This document shows, one piece after another, positions 10,990 through 22,239 of a stretch of 37,669 nucleotides of DNA. The DNA is from Proteromonas lacertae (Eukaryota): NCBI GenBank assembly GCA_002245135.1, contig NGBS01001215.1:1-37669 (forward strand), in the 5' to 3' direction. The position numbers and the translations under genes are program-made. How positions within the stretch are numbered: position 1 is the first letter of the stretch; the number at the start of each line of letters is the position of its first letter. Under the pieces are notes generated by a model that saw only the letters and a program-made list of their open reading frames with translations, searched no databases and had not been told where the DNA came from.

Positions 10990-11048
10990 TAAAAATACCG
11001 TGAATTTTGAATTTTGAAATTGAATCAGAAAAGAAGTGAATTTTTAAA

Positions 11049-11300
11049 ATGGGTTAAGAAAATAATTATTAAATTGGTTCTTATTTTTTGCACACATTTT
11101 TTATTTTCTTTCATATTTAAATATGTAGATAACTTTTTGCCTTTTGAATAAGTACTTAATAACCATAATATTATGCTGATTGTTCAATATTTTATTAGTA
11201 TATGTAAAGAGATTAAATATATAGAGATCTTGTTCGGTATGAAAGTGCCTATGCTTAACTATTTCTACTATTATTATTATGCTTATTTCATATCTATATA
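11049..11300 (+). pseudogene. possible decayed type II membrane protein gene
   Basis: ATG at 11049 after TTTGAA motifs; a frameshifted hydrophobic stretch (KKIIIKLVLIFCTHFLFSFIFK), then stops. Confidence 0.25.
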
Positions 11301-11834
11301 CACATATCACATAGTAAATATGAAAAAAATACATCCATCTCCTTCAACACTTACATATACATACATATTACATATACATTGTATTAGTATGATATATTTA
11401 CATATTCAATCATTAATTTTAATCATTTCTCACCTATCTTCATTCAAATTAATTTTCACAATTTTTTGAAAGTTTCATAATTCTGTAGAAATACGTTTAC
11501 TTTAGTCATTATATGCTTCATTATAATTGCATTGCTGTTTTGACATTGTCACAATAATAATATCCATCCTATTTCAAGTAAAAAACAACAACAAAAATAC
11601 CAACATTATTTATGTAACGAATAAATTTTCAGAAACATAAAAGCTATTAAAAGCTATTAATATACATCAATATAGATATAAAAAAATGTATAGAATACAG
11701 TTGAAAGATATCTCATTTATATGTTATCTAGTTGTCATAAAAAATAAACTGTCATAAAAAAAAGAAACGGATATTTCAAATGAACTTAATTACTGACTTC
11801 AAGGTACTTGAGTTTTTTCAAACCCCACAAATTT

Positions 11835-13559
11835 ATGATAGAAGTATTTGTTTGTAATTACAATATATTACTGTTATTTGTTGTATTGGTTATGCTAATG
11901 TTAATTATAAATAGTTATTTTCTATCTAAATCACCAATTTACAATTATAGTATCAAAAATGCTAAGACTGTCATTTTTTTAAATGCATGGATGCCAAAAT
12001 ATTCAAAAGTATACGAAGAATTTATGAAAGCTCTAAATTTTACAGATTTGTTACGTAATTCCAAGCATGTAGTGTTGGCAAAAAATAATTTCACCATAAA
12101 CATGTTAAGAGGATATGGAATAAGAAATATAGATTTATTAACTAATTTTGATGAATTTGACATGATAAAAAGAGTGAGAGACTATTGTTATGAAAATTAT
12201 GAAGATAGTGATGAATATATATTATATCTTCATTTCAAAGGATCATATCATGATAATATAGGAAATAGAGGATTAAGAAAAATGATAATTTACTATATTA
12301 TTTATAACAGTGAAAAATGTATTGAAAAACTTAGAAATGGATCAGATATATGTAGTTCTAGGTATTCATTATTTCCATATAGACACACATCAGGTAATAT
12401 GTGGTGGTCGAAGTGCTCCTATATTAACACTCTTAAAGATCCTAAATTTACATCAAATGGAATTAGATACAGAAGAATTCAAGGTTATTCAGGAGATAGG
12501 CATGCTGCTGAAAAATGGGTTATGAGTAATAGTAAAGCAGTTCCATCAGATCTTATGTCTGATAAAATTGATTTTTCCTATGATACTGGAACTAGTAGAT
12601 TATTCAAAATATGGATTCAACAACCAAACTCTTTACCTATTTCTCCCAATTCTAATATTCTTTGTTCAACAGTTAATTATAATGATCATTATACATCTTT
12701 TCCACAATCATATTATACCTTATTTTTTAATTTATTTTATGATTATGAAGTATATTTTCAATATAATAAAAGTGAGTTGTTTGATTTTGGATGGTGTAAA
12801 GGATTGATCAATACAAAAATAACTAATAAATGTAATGAACAATCACAATTAATTGTAAAACACATAATAGATTACTGTAAATTGTCTGAAAATTTAAAGA
12901 TTATGAAAATCAAAAATAGCAAATTTATTATTAATAAACCTAATAATGATGTGATTTATTTCATAAAAGAATGTGATAGACAATATGTCAATAGAAGTGA
13001 AATAGTGTGTTTAAATAAAGTAAATAATTTAGATGTAATCAAATCATATAGTATAATATATTATACCTGTAAAAATATGAAGGAAAATACAAAAATAGTT
13101 TTTGCAGATACATATGAAAATGGGTTAAAAATTAATAAAAATTGTCGTGATGATTTTTGTGGAAAATGGTTTGTATATCCCTTTAGGGGAAATACAATAG
13201 AATGGATAGCAACATGCAAATATATAATACAATCAAATGAACCATTTTATTATAGTTATTCTGAAAGTGAACTATATGAAAATGACATGTTTTATGGAAT
13301 TAATAAATACTCATATTTGCATTGGCCTAATAATGATCCATTCAGAGATATGAAGTGTAATGATTTTATTAGTAACCGTTATGACTATGAAATTTTACTG
13401 TCAGTTTTATTAAATGCTATGTATGATATTAAAAATGATAATTTGAATGCATCAAACATTCATAAATGCTATAAATGGTGTAAATGTATTACTGAAGAAA
13501 AATTCAAGAAAATAAAATCTTTAAAATTGTTTTGCTATAATTGTCATGATAAATATTGA
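11835..13559 (+). CDS. type II membrane protein, putative glycosyltransferase-like, two-domain
   Basis: Intronless ~574 aa from ATG 11835; signal anchor; YLHFKG, SGNMWWSKCSYI, RHAAEKWV motifs. Confidence 0.6.
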   Translation: MIEVFVCNYNILLLFVVLVMLMLIINSYFLSKSPIYNYSIKNAKTVIFLNAWMPKYSKVYEEFMKALNFTDLLRNSKHVVLAKNNFTINMLRGYGIRNIDLLTNFDEFDMIKRVRDYCYENYEDSDEYILYLHFKGSYHDNIGNRGLRKMIIYYIIYNSEKCIEKLRNGSDICSSRYSLFPYRHTSGNMWWSKCSYINTLKDPKFTSNGIRYRRIQGYSGDRHAAEKWVMSNSKAVPSDLMSDKIDFSYDTGTSRLFKIWIQQPNSLPISPNSNILCSTVNYNDHYTSFPQSYYTLFFNLFYDYEVYFQYNKSELFDFGWCKGLINTKITNKCNEQSQLIVKHIIDYCKLSENLKIMKIKNSKFIINKPNNDVIYFIKECDRQYVNRSEIVCLNKVNNLDVIKSYSIIYYTCKNMKENTKIVFADTYENGLKINKNCRDDFCGKWFVYPFRGNTIEWIATCKYIIQSNEPFYYSYSESELYENDMFYGINKYSYLHWPNNDPFRDMKCNDFISNRYDYEILLSVLLNAMYDIKNDNLNASNIHKCYKWCKCITEEKFKKIKSLKLFCYNCHDKY

Positions 13560-13653
13560 AGAAAATAATGATTTTATATTATATTCTGTTGAAATTTGAT
13601 TTTTTGTAATTATAATGTAATTTACATGTATATGTAAGAGTATTTTCATTTTA

Positions 13654-14589
13654 ATGAATAGATATATTTTATACGTATTTTTGTTATTATTCCTAATAAT
13701 TGTATTAGCAATTATATATATTTGTATATTTAAAAATGAAGACTACACAATTTTAAATTATTTACCAGAACCTTATGTGCCTTTTAATTATACTACATCT
13801 TTGCCAAATTATGTGAAAGAAAATGTTCCCGATTTGTTTTTTTCTAATAATAAATCGTTGATGTTGATAAGAGCTGTAGATGATATTAGATTCAATTATA
13901 TAAGGATTATTTGTGCAGTTCTTAGAAAATATGACAAAAAAATAGAAGTAAAAATCAATGATAATGTTGTAAATCATAAATTAGTATATTATGGATCAAT
14001 GCATATTATGCATCGTGATTTTCCATTAAAATATGCTAATATCATAATTCCTCTTCATCCTAACGTTACAAGTGTAAAAGTGAATGAAATAAAAATTCCT
14101 TATAGTCATATAAAAGAAATAAAATATAAATATGATTTTACAGTTTGTATTAATACAGATATTGATGAAATTATTATGCCAACAATGAAATATAACAAAT
14201 TATCGGAATTAATCTCTATCTATGAAGATAAATATAAAAAATGCAAATTATTCTTATTTTTAAATAAAATATTTCCAAAGAAATTAGATTATATTGATAA
14301 ATTGCAGAAGAAAAACCGAGATAGTTATTTTTATGTTAATCCAGTTGCGGATTGTGATATATTCAATTTGACATTAAGTTGTAAACCAACAGAGCATAGT
14401 AGAAAATATATTGTAAGAACAGAATTAGTGGAAGCATTGAGAATTCATAATATAGATGGTAATGAAAGAAATTATTGTTTTATATCAGATAAAGATGGAT
14501 TTTCTCATCATACTCGCTATATACCATTAGGAATGATAAATGAATGTAAAAAGTTGTCACACGATTATACAATTCTGAAATATAAGTAA
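13654..14589 (+). CDS. GT92/DUF23-like glycosyltransferase, apparently internally shortened
   Basis: Signal anchor; FTVC directly followed by NTDIDEIIMP (DxDE); RKYIVRTELV..L.IH; HH.R. Confidence 0.6.
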   Translation: MNRYILYVFLLLFLIIVLAIIYICIFKNEDYTILNYLPEPYVPFNYTTSLPNYVKENVPDLFFSNNKSLMLIRAVDDIRFNYIRIICAVLRKYDKKIEVKINDNVVNHKLVYYGSMHIMHRDFPLKYANIIIPLHPNVTSVKVNEIKIPYSHIKEIKYKYDFTVCINTDIDEIIMPTMKYNKLSELISIYEDKYKKCKLFLFLNKIFPKKLDYIDKLQKKNRDSYFYVNPVADCDIFNLTLSCKPTEHSRKYIVRTELVEALRIHNIDGNERNYCFISDKDGFSHHTRYIPLGMINECKKLSHDYTILKYK

Positions 14590-14696
14590 TTGTTTTTTTT
14601 TTATTGAGGCATTTTCTAGAAATATATCGAGTCAATCAATAAATAGGAACTTTCTAAAAATTTCTATAATTCTTTTTTTGAATTGAGTGTAAATAG

Positions 14697-15743
14697 ATGT
14701 ATGTTTATATTCTATTGTTATTAATATCAATATCTATCTTGATAACAGTTGATTATTTTAAAAGTATGTCAATCACAAGACCAAAATCATTTAAACAGCT
14801 TTATTATAGAGAGAAAAGTCTACTTCAATATCAGTTTCAAGATTTAATGGGTTGTTTAAATATAAGACCGTTAATTAACTGTATTGATAAAGATAAAGAA
14901 ATATTTAAAACAAAATATTCTAAACAATATTATATCAGACATCCATTTGATTTGTCATTTTATGATAATTTAAAATTGGATTATGAAACATTAATTCAAC
15001 CAAAGAGAGTAACTTCATATACAAATGTTATAATTGTAATTCCTATAAGCCCAACACAATTACAACCAAGAATTGCAATAAGAAGTACATATTCACGAAT
15101 TCATTATTCTCAAAATTATAATTTTCAATATATATATATTATGGGTAAACCAGATTTATGTGATGATAAAAATAATAATTGTTATCCGATTACTTACTTA
15201 GAAGAAGAGAATAATATGTTTGGTGATATTTTAGTGTTTAATTATACCAATTCTTACAAATTAATAACATTACAGTTATTATTATGCTATAAATACATAT
15301 TAGAAAGTTATAAGAATGTGAAATATGTAGTTAGAGCTAATTCAGATATGTTTATAAAGAGTGATTTATTAGGAAGATTAATATCAAAATATAATTCCTA
15401 TGATGTAATTGGATATAAAGTAACTAAAAGTATAGTATACCCATGTGGCGCATTTTATATATTTTCAAAGAATTTAATAAGAATTATTGTTGAAAATTAT
15501 AAATACGTAAAACCTATTCATGATATAGAAGATATATATTATGGACAAATAATGAAACAATATAATATAACAAACGTGAAATGGACAAATAAAGAAAATA
15601 TATACATTAGTTTAAGTAGATATAATATGTTCGAAATATATATTAGAAATAGTTTTGTTTCAATTCATGAGATTAGTTCGAGTGTTATAATTTATCTATG
15701 GAAACATTTTTATGAGAAAGATTTTCATAATTTCTTTAGTTAA
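14697..15743 (+). CDS. GT31 beta-1,3-galactosyltransferase-like protein
   Basis: RIAIRSTY, LEEENNMFGDIL, SYKLITL, YVVRANSDMFI, YPCGAFYIFS, IEDIYYG. Confidence 0.88.
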   Translation: MYVYILLLLISISILITVDYFKSMSITRPKSFKQLYYREKSLLQYQFQDLMGCLNIRPLINCIDKDKEIFKTKYSKQYYIRHPFDLSFYDNLKLDYETLIQPKRVTSYTNVIIVIPISPTQLQPRIAIRSTYSRIHYSQNYNFQYIYIMGKPDLCDDKNNNCYPITYLEEENNMFGDILVFNYTNSYKLITLQLLLCYKYILESYKNVKYVVRANSDMFIKSDLLGRLISKYNSYDVIGYKVTKSIVYPCGAFYIFSKNLIRIIVENYKYVKPIHDIEDIYYGQIMKQYNITNVKWTNKENIYISLSRYNMFEIYIRNSFVSIHEISSSVIIYLWKHFYEKDFHNFFS

Positions 15744-15761
15744 TCAATTTTTATTATTTTG

Positions 15762-16306
15762 TTATTTTCTTGGATTTGTTTCTGCACTGTTCGATATAAT
15801 ACCAAGTGAATGTAATTTTCTGTTGAATCTATTCAATGTTGCTAGATGGTAAGATAAATCACACCATATATTATATAAACACTCATATTCGTTATTTTTA
15901 TTCAAAAATAGATCTAACTCTTCTGTTGACATCTGACATAAGTCACTCCTTACACAAATATGATATCTACTATCTAAAGTATTTTTAAATGGTAAATCAA
16001 AAAAAATATCAAATTCATTCCAATTTATTACTAAAAATAAAAAATTATTTACATTATACCTTTCGGATAATGACTATTTGAAAATGACAATAATAATAAT
16101 TCAACTACACCTTTAATTCTATTTCCAATGCCACCTCCCATATATTCATAATATGTTTGATTGTAAGAAGATATACACCACATATTATACACAGTTAAAG
16201 AATTACATATATCATTAGTATCGTTAGCGGTATCACAGCTTAATATTATTAATATTGAAATAGAAATCAATATTACAAGCAATATGAAGATAAATATATA
16301 TGACAT
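15762..16306 (-). pseudogene. 3'-truncated duplicate of the fucosyltransferase-like gene
   Basis: Identical to 5151-5692; ends ...NPRK then TAA at the junction, lacking the HIRTG and STFG motifs. Confidence 0.85.
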
Positions 16307-17445
16307 TTATAAAAGCTTGACTTGAAAAAATAAATGAAACTATTCATTATTCCAATATGTATTGTGTTGATAGTGGTAGTGTTTTATTTGAAAAATATAT
16401 ATTATGGTGATGGTATTGATTCACTTAGAATAAATGAGACTGTTCAGTATTTTGAGAATAGTCGTTTAAATAGTATTTATGACAATCCTAAATGTAATTA
16501 TCCGATATTAAAAGAGACAGACTTAGAAATTCCAGTTTTTTTACTAAGCAAAGACAGATTATATGCAGTTAAATATTCAGTGTTTTATTGGATGAAGCTT
16601 AGAAAATATAATAAACTAAACATAATAATATTAGATCACAAATCATCAATTGGTAGTATGAAGTCAGTGTATAAAGAGTTGGAAAGATATAATATTAAAA
16701 TTATATATTTAAAGTCAAACACATTTGATGAAATAATTAGACATGAAATTCCTCATATTATTGATGATTATTTAGATGAAAATAAACAATGTAAATATTA
16801 TATTTTTGGTGATATCGACTGTGTATTGAATAATGTACCAATGAATATAATACAGTTTTATGCAACTGTTCTTAAAAATTGTAATGATGTAGATGTTATT
16901 GGACCTGCTTTGATGATAAGTGATTTACCATCAAATAAAGAGAAAGTTTATGATTGGGAAAAAAGATTTTTTTTAAAGAATCATGTGGATATATTGTTTG
17001 ATGGTAATTATTTTACTATTGTAAATTCACTAATTGATACAACAATAGCAATGAGGAGAAGAGATAATAAACTTAAAAGATTTAAAGGGAATCATTATAG
17101 AACATTAGCTCCTTATATCTCTCATCATCTTGATTGGTATATTACTCCAGATAATATTCCTCGATCTTTTAAGTATTATGTGAACAGATCTCAGAAGATA
17201 AATCATTCAGGGTATGAATTAAATTTAAAAGGATCAGCACCACTGCCAAATGAAAAAGGAATAATTGATAAGTTTTTAGATTTTTTTTCATTTTAATAAT
17301 ACATATATATACATTATATTGTTGTAATAATGCTAAAATGCTCTAGTTTGAATTTTTTAAATACCCAATATCTAGAAATTTCTTTAAAAATGTCAAATCA
17401 AGCCTAAAATTGTTTTAAATTTTGATTTTATGTTATGGTGTTGCT
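15764..17445. repeat. right copy of ~1.68-kb inverted duplication
   Basis: Reverse complement of 4014-5692. Confidence 0.97.
16334..17296 (+). CDS. type II membrane GT-A fold (GT2-like) glycosyltransferase
   Basis: Intronless 320 aa; PVFLLSKDR, IIILDHKS, YIFGDIDC (DxD), IDTT.A, HLDWY. Confidence 0.75.
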   Translation: MKLFIIPICIVLIVVVFYLKNIYYGDGIDSLRINETVQYFENSRLNSIYDNPKCNYPILKETDLEIPVFLLSKDRLYAVKYSVFYWMKLRKYNKLNIIILDHKSSIGSMKSVYKELERYNIKIIYLKSNTFDEIIRHEIPHIIDDYLDENKQCKYYIFGDIDCVLNNVPMNIIQFYATVLKNCNDVDVIGPALMISDLPSNKEKVYDWEKRFFLKNHVDILFDGNYFTIVNSLIDTTIAMRRRDNKLKRFKGNHYRTLAPYISHHLDWYITPDNIPRSFKYYVNRSQKINHSGYELNLKGSAPLPNEKGIIDKFLDFFSF

Positions 17446-18279
17446 AACTAAACATTGAAATAATTCATAGCTAAAAAACAACCATTAAGCACTATTAATA
17501 TAAATATATCTCTTAAAGATAATTATATTTATCATACTCGTTATAGTAAATGATGTGCGCTGTTGTACACCTTTTTGAGATTAGCGCAATTGGGAAATAA
17601 AAGACTTTTTGTATAAACTAATATAATATTGGCTATGAGTTATGTACACATATGTATTTAGTTTTATAATGTATGAAAGACAAGTTGATATCAACAAACT
17701 ACAGTATCATGTTTTATTTTACTAAATATTATGTTAGTATAAATTATAATCATTTCATATGTAAAATTTTTTATAATAATTCTATATTGTTATGAAGATA
17801 TAAGCAATAATAAATTACTCTTAATGAACTTTTTTACCTTATCGGCTTGTAATTCAAGCTATTCATTTTTTGTTTTTTATACTTTTAATTTAAATTTAAC
17901 TCTTTTAATTAATAATATTAAGTATAATTCATATATTTATGTATACATCTAAGCATATAATTTATAAAAATAAATATTGAATAAGTAATAACTAATGTAA
18001 CTAATACAAGTAAGAATATATACTACAGATGCATATCGATGGTTTATGTAAGATAAACTACTACAATGAATGTCGAATTATGGATTATAGTTATCAATTT
18101 TCCTCCTTTTCTTTGTATGTGTTTATGAGTACACTATAAACCATAATTCCTGTTATTTCTAACTATAATTCCTATTATTATCACTAAAACTGTATTACTT
18201 CTGATTACACTGACATTAAATCATGAAAATCTAATTAAATTCAAAAATTTTTGGAACAGTAAATGAATATGGGCTAATT

Positions 18280-20220
18280 TATGTTATTACAGCGATTTTA
18301 CTTTTACTAAAGATAATTTTCGAAAAACATAAGCAAGCCTTCGATATTTTTAAAGTATTTTTTGTGACTTTAAATAGATTTTTCTCAATAACCATAAGGA
18401 ATAAAATAGTAAAAATTTGTCAAACGATGTATCATGCTTTGAGCTTTATCATAGTATACTTAGTTTCATAATTACGTCTTTCATGTCATTCGTCTGTTTT
18501 TGATATTTTACATTATAATTGAATAACAACAATCATAAATAATAACATTGATATATTTTTATTTGATTTATACCATTTATTAGCTTTAAAAACTGTAATA
18601 CATCTCGGACTGTACTGATTTAATAATATACGATATGTATAGTATAGGAGTATTCCAGAAAGGACGATATTATTTTTGACTAGGTAATTGAATGTAATCG
18701 TGATATTATGTGATTTTTGATGTATGTGTGTGTAGTTATATATAGCCATATTGCTATTTTTGACTAATTGCTTCTAATTAAGAAGATATCAAATTATTTT
18801 TCATACCAGCACTATATGCTGTACTATTATGTTAATCTGAATAGCTAAACCCCATAAATACACTGTATAACATATATTATAGATAAATTACTGAATCAAT
18901 ATTCTTCTCCCCTGGAATTCTGTTGCTATTCTAATAAAATAACTATTAAAATATAAAAATAACTATAATACTTATATAATCATCTATAATATCTATAAAC
19001 ATAATAACAATTAAAACATACCAGTATAGCTAAACATGCAAGTTGCTGATATTCTCTGCCTTTCATCGATTAGTACAATGCTAAACAGCTATAATAAAAT
19101 ATAATATACTAAAATAGTTATACTTTTTCTAATTGTAAAATATAATATATAAACTGGCTGTTTCTACTGTTCTTCACCTGGAATTCTAATGCAATTCATC
19201 TAATGATAATATATAAATAAGAATATACTAACTCAATAAATGGAGTAAAAACTAATAGAGTAAATAATAGATCAAATACTTCTTAAATATAGGATTATCA
19301 TTAACTTGATTCAATAAATACAATGATTCAACTGTTTCTAAATCAATTAATCCAGGAATAACATCAGCTAAATACTCTTGAATTGGAGATGGTTTAGAAG
19401 CTTCTAAGTATTTTAATTACTATGAATAAATAAAATAAAATCAGAATATTCTTATCATCATACTTAATTTTGGTGTTCTCATCGAATGAATTGTTGCACT
19501 TACGATATATATCTTTTCTACAGTTACTGTTTTGGCAACACCTGAAATTACACCAATTCTTGAATAAACATACCTAATAATTCATCTTAACAAGAATAAT
19601 TATAAAAAATACACTAATTCATCTTAGCTTCTTCATCATCAGACTTCACTATTTTTATTATAATAACAATTATACTTATTTGTATTTGTTGGATTAATTG
19701 TTGATGGTAAACTTGGTTTATATTCTAATTATCCTAGTCTGACACCTAATTTAAATAACCTATTAATGATTATATATATGATAATTGCTATAATACCAAT
19801 ATGCTAAATTAACAGAAACAGTTGACTTTCCTACTACTTATAACTCCAATAATATGTTGTACATCAAAAGTGCCAAATGTATTAACAAGGTAAAAGAGTT
19901 TGCATATGTAGTTGATGAGCTTTAGTAAGACAGACTAAATCAAAGCTGATAGTTGTATTTTTTTTCTTCATATGTTCTTAATTCTTCCCATAGTTATAAT
20001 ATCTTTGATTTTTAATTATTAAAACTATTATCTAATTAACATATATGATAATATTATACTTCCTTCAACAATTATAATGAATTCCTGCTCTTTGTATTGT
20101 TTTGTCTATTATTTATCTGTAATAACAACACTTGTGCTGCCATTGTTATATTCTATATAAAATTATATACTATATATACTCATAACACAACAGAAGAAAA
20201 AAGAATTAAAGTGTATTTCA
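18280..20220 (-). pseudogene. decayed multi-exon gene remnants of unknown family
   Basis: Coding-like patches (LEASKPSPIQEYLADVIPGLIDLETVES, IATEFQGRRILIQ) between GT..AG AT-rich spacers, with many stops and frameshifts. Confidence 0.4.
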
Positions 20221-20559
20221 AAAATTATATTCGTTTCAGTTTTTAAGTTTTGAGAAATTAAATGAATGTATAAGTTTAGATTATTTTTATTATAGTGAAT
20301 AGGTAATAATATATAGTGTACATGTCAATTTGATGTTTGATTCACATAAAGATGGTTAAAATAAATATCCAAGTAAAAATGTGAAGTGAAAGGTGGTTAA
20401 GAGAAAGTAAATATGCAAATTAATCTATTGGCTATAAAAGTTATTGTCTAAAAATCAAATTTCAATAGATTCAAGGTATTATTTTATATGTGATTGTATT
20501 TATACTAATGTTACAACAAATTACTATCATGTGAGTAGAATGAGTATAGTGAGTAATTT

Positions 20560-22239
20560 TTCGACTTGGTTATGCAAATTGTGAATATAGGAAGTGAAGA
20601 GAAGAGAGAATATGATAAACCTAAGAGAATATTACAATCTTCCACGTGTTTATACTATTAATTCAGTAGTAAATGTTCGAATTGGATTTGTTTCTTATTT
20701 AGGTTGGATATTACAACAACTAAGATAACACCGAATATGTTATATGCAAAAGTATCATTAGCTAATGATTATTTGAATTACAATATTTGTGATTAAAAAA
20801 CTGATGGATTTTGTGAAATAGTGTTATTATAAACTGATAGTACAGGTAAAGTAAAAGCTTCCTATACATTTGATGTATGGTTATTATAATAGAAACAGAT
20901 AATGGTGACTAATACTCATCATCCATTATAAATGTAATAATATATACCTAAGCCACTGACAATTTGTCAGGATAACGGCTTTTCCCCCCTTTGGCTTATT
21001 ATACCAATAAAAAACAGTAAGTTATAAAGGTTATTACTATTACTGTTATTATTATTATTATATAGATAAAAGAATAAAAAAGAATAAAAGAGAATCAATT
21101 ATACCCTAATATAATACATGATGATGTTTATTATAGTAATTCTTACAACGTGTTAGTAGTTGATGATACTATTTATAATTTCAATGAAAATACTCAAAAA
21201 TATTATGAGGTCGTTTTTTATGAATAATTCACATATATTTTTAAACAGACAAACCATCCATCATCATTACATTGTTAAGATTTAATGTTATTATAATTAA
21301 AATAATCAATTCATATCTACAAAAGTGGTTCAATATTACTTAAGACAAAATTTAGATAATAAAAATGAAGATTTTCTTTTCTATAATAATGAAAAAGATG
21401 TAATAATGGATAAAGTAATTGATAACTTTCTATTTCTAGCTTTTATATATTTCAGTAAAGTAATTACTACAAATGTAGAAAGAAATATACCATTGTTTTA
21501 TAAGTTAATTGATTGTTATAAAAGAATTAATTATAAATATAGAGATTTTGGAAAGTTGGATAGAGAAATTATAAAGAAAGTAAATGAAGAGGTTATAATA
21601 GAGAAATTATATTATCCTCAATTCTATAAAAGTTTTAATGTAATAAAGGGAAAAACAATCAATTATAATAAAAAAATGGTAAGTAGTATTAATGATATAG
21701 ATTATATAAATAATAATTATTGTGTATTAGATTCTATCAATCCATTTTAATTCAAAAGAAATTATACTAGCAAAAAATCAGTGGAAGATATGGAATATTT
21801 GGTTGGGAAATCAATTAGAATTGATTTTCCTTATTATTTAACACAAGTAATAATTGATAGAATATTGTCATATAATTATACAATACAAAGTAAAGGATAT
21901 GTTACAAGAGCAAGTATAAACAATAAATCAGCTGTTATAGAGTTTTTGAAAATTAAAGAAACAATTAATGAAGAATATAGAAAAGGTAAGTACATTATTC
22001 AATACTCTGTAGAAGATAAAGTTCATTATATTTCACTCGATGAAATAAATATTGATAGTGTAATGAATAGAGGAAAAAGAAAAAGAAGTAATTAACAAGA
22101 AGATACACACAATAATAAAAGAATAGATGTAGATAATAATAATATAAGTAACGAATATGATGATATTGCAGCAGATGGTTATGAAGATGAAACAGATAGT
22201 TCTGACAATGATGATAATACTAATGATGAAGATTCTTGA
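20560..22239 (+). pseudogene. disrupted multi-exon gene with acidic C-terminus
   Basis: One frame from 21301 to 22239 interrupted only by TAA at 21748 and 22093; upstream exons have splice sites, internal TAAs and frameshifts. Confidence 0.55.

Noticed and set aside
11320..11360. OTU-like motif VEGDGCIFF on the minus strand
   Set aside because: Only a short match, surrounded by stops, with no other OTU motifs.
4014..17445. 13.4-kb giant transposon with 1.68-kb TIRs
   Set aside because: No TSD at the outer ends, and the repeats consist of host-type genes; the internal transposase has its own TIRs.
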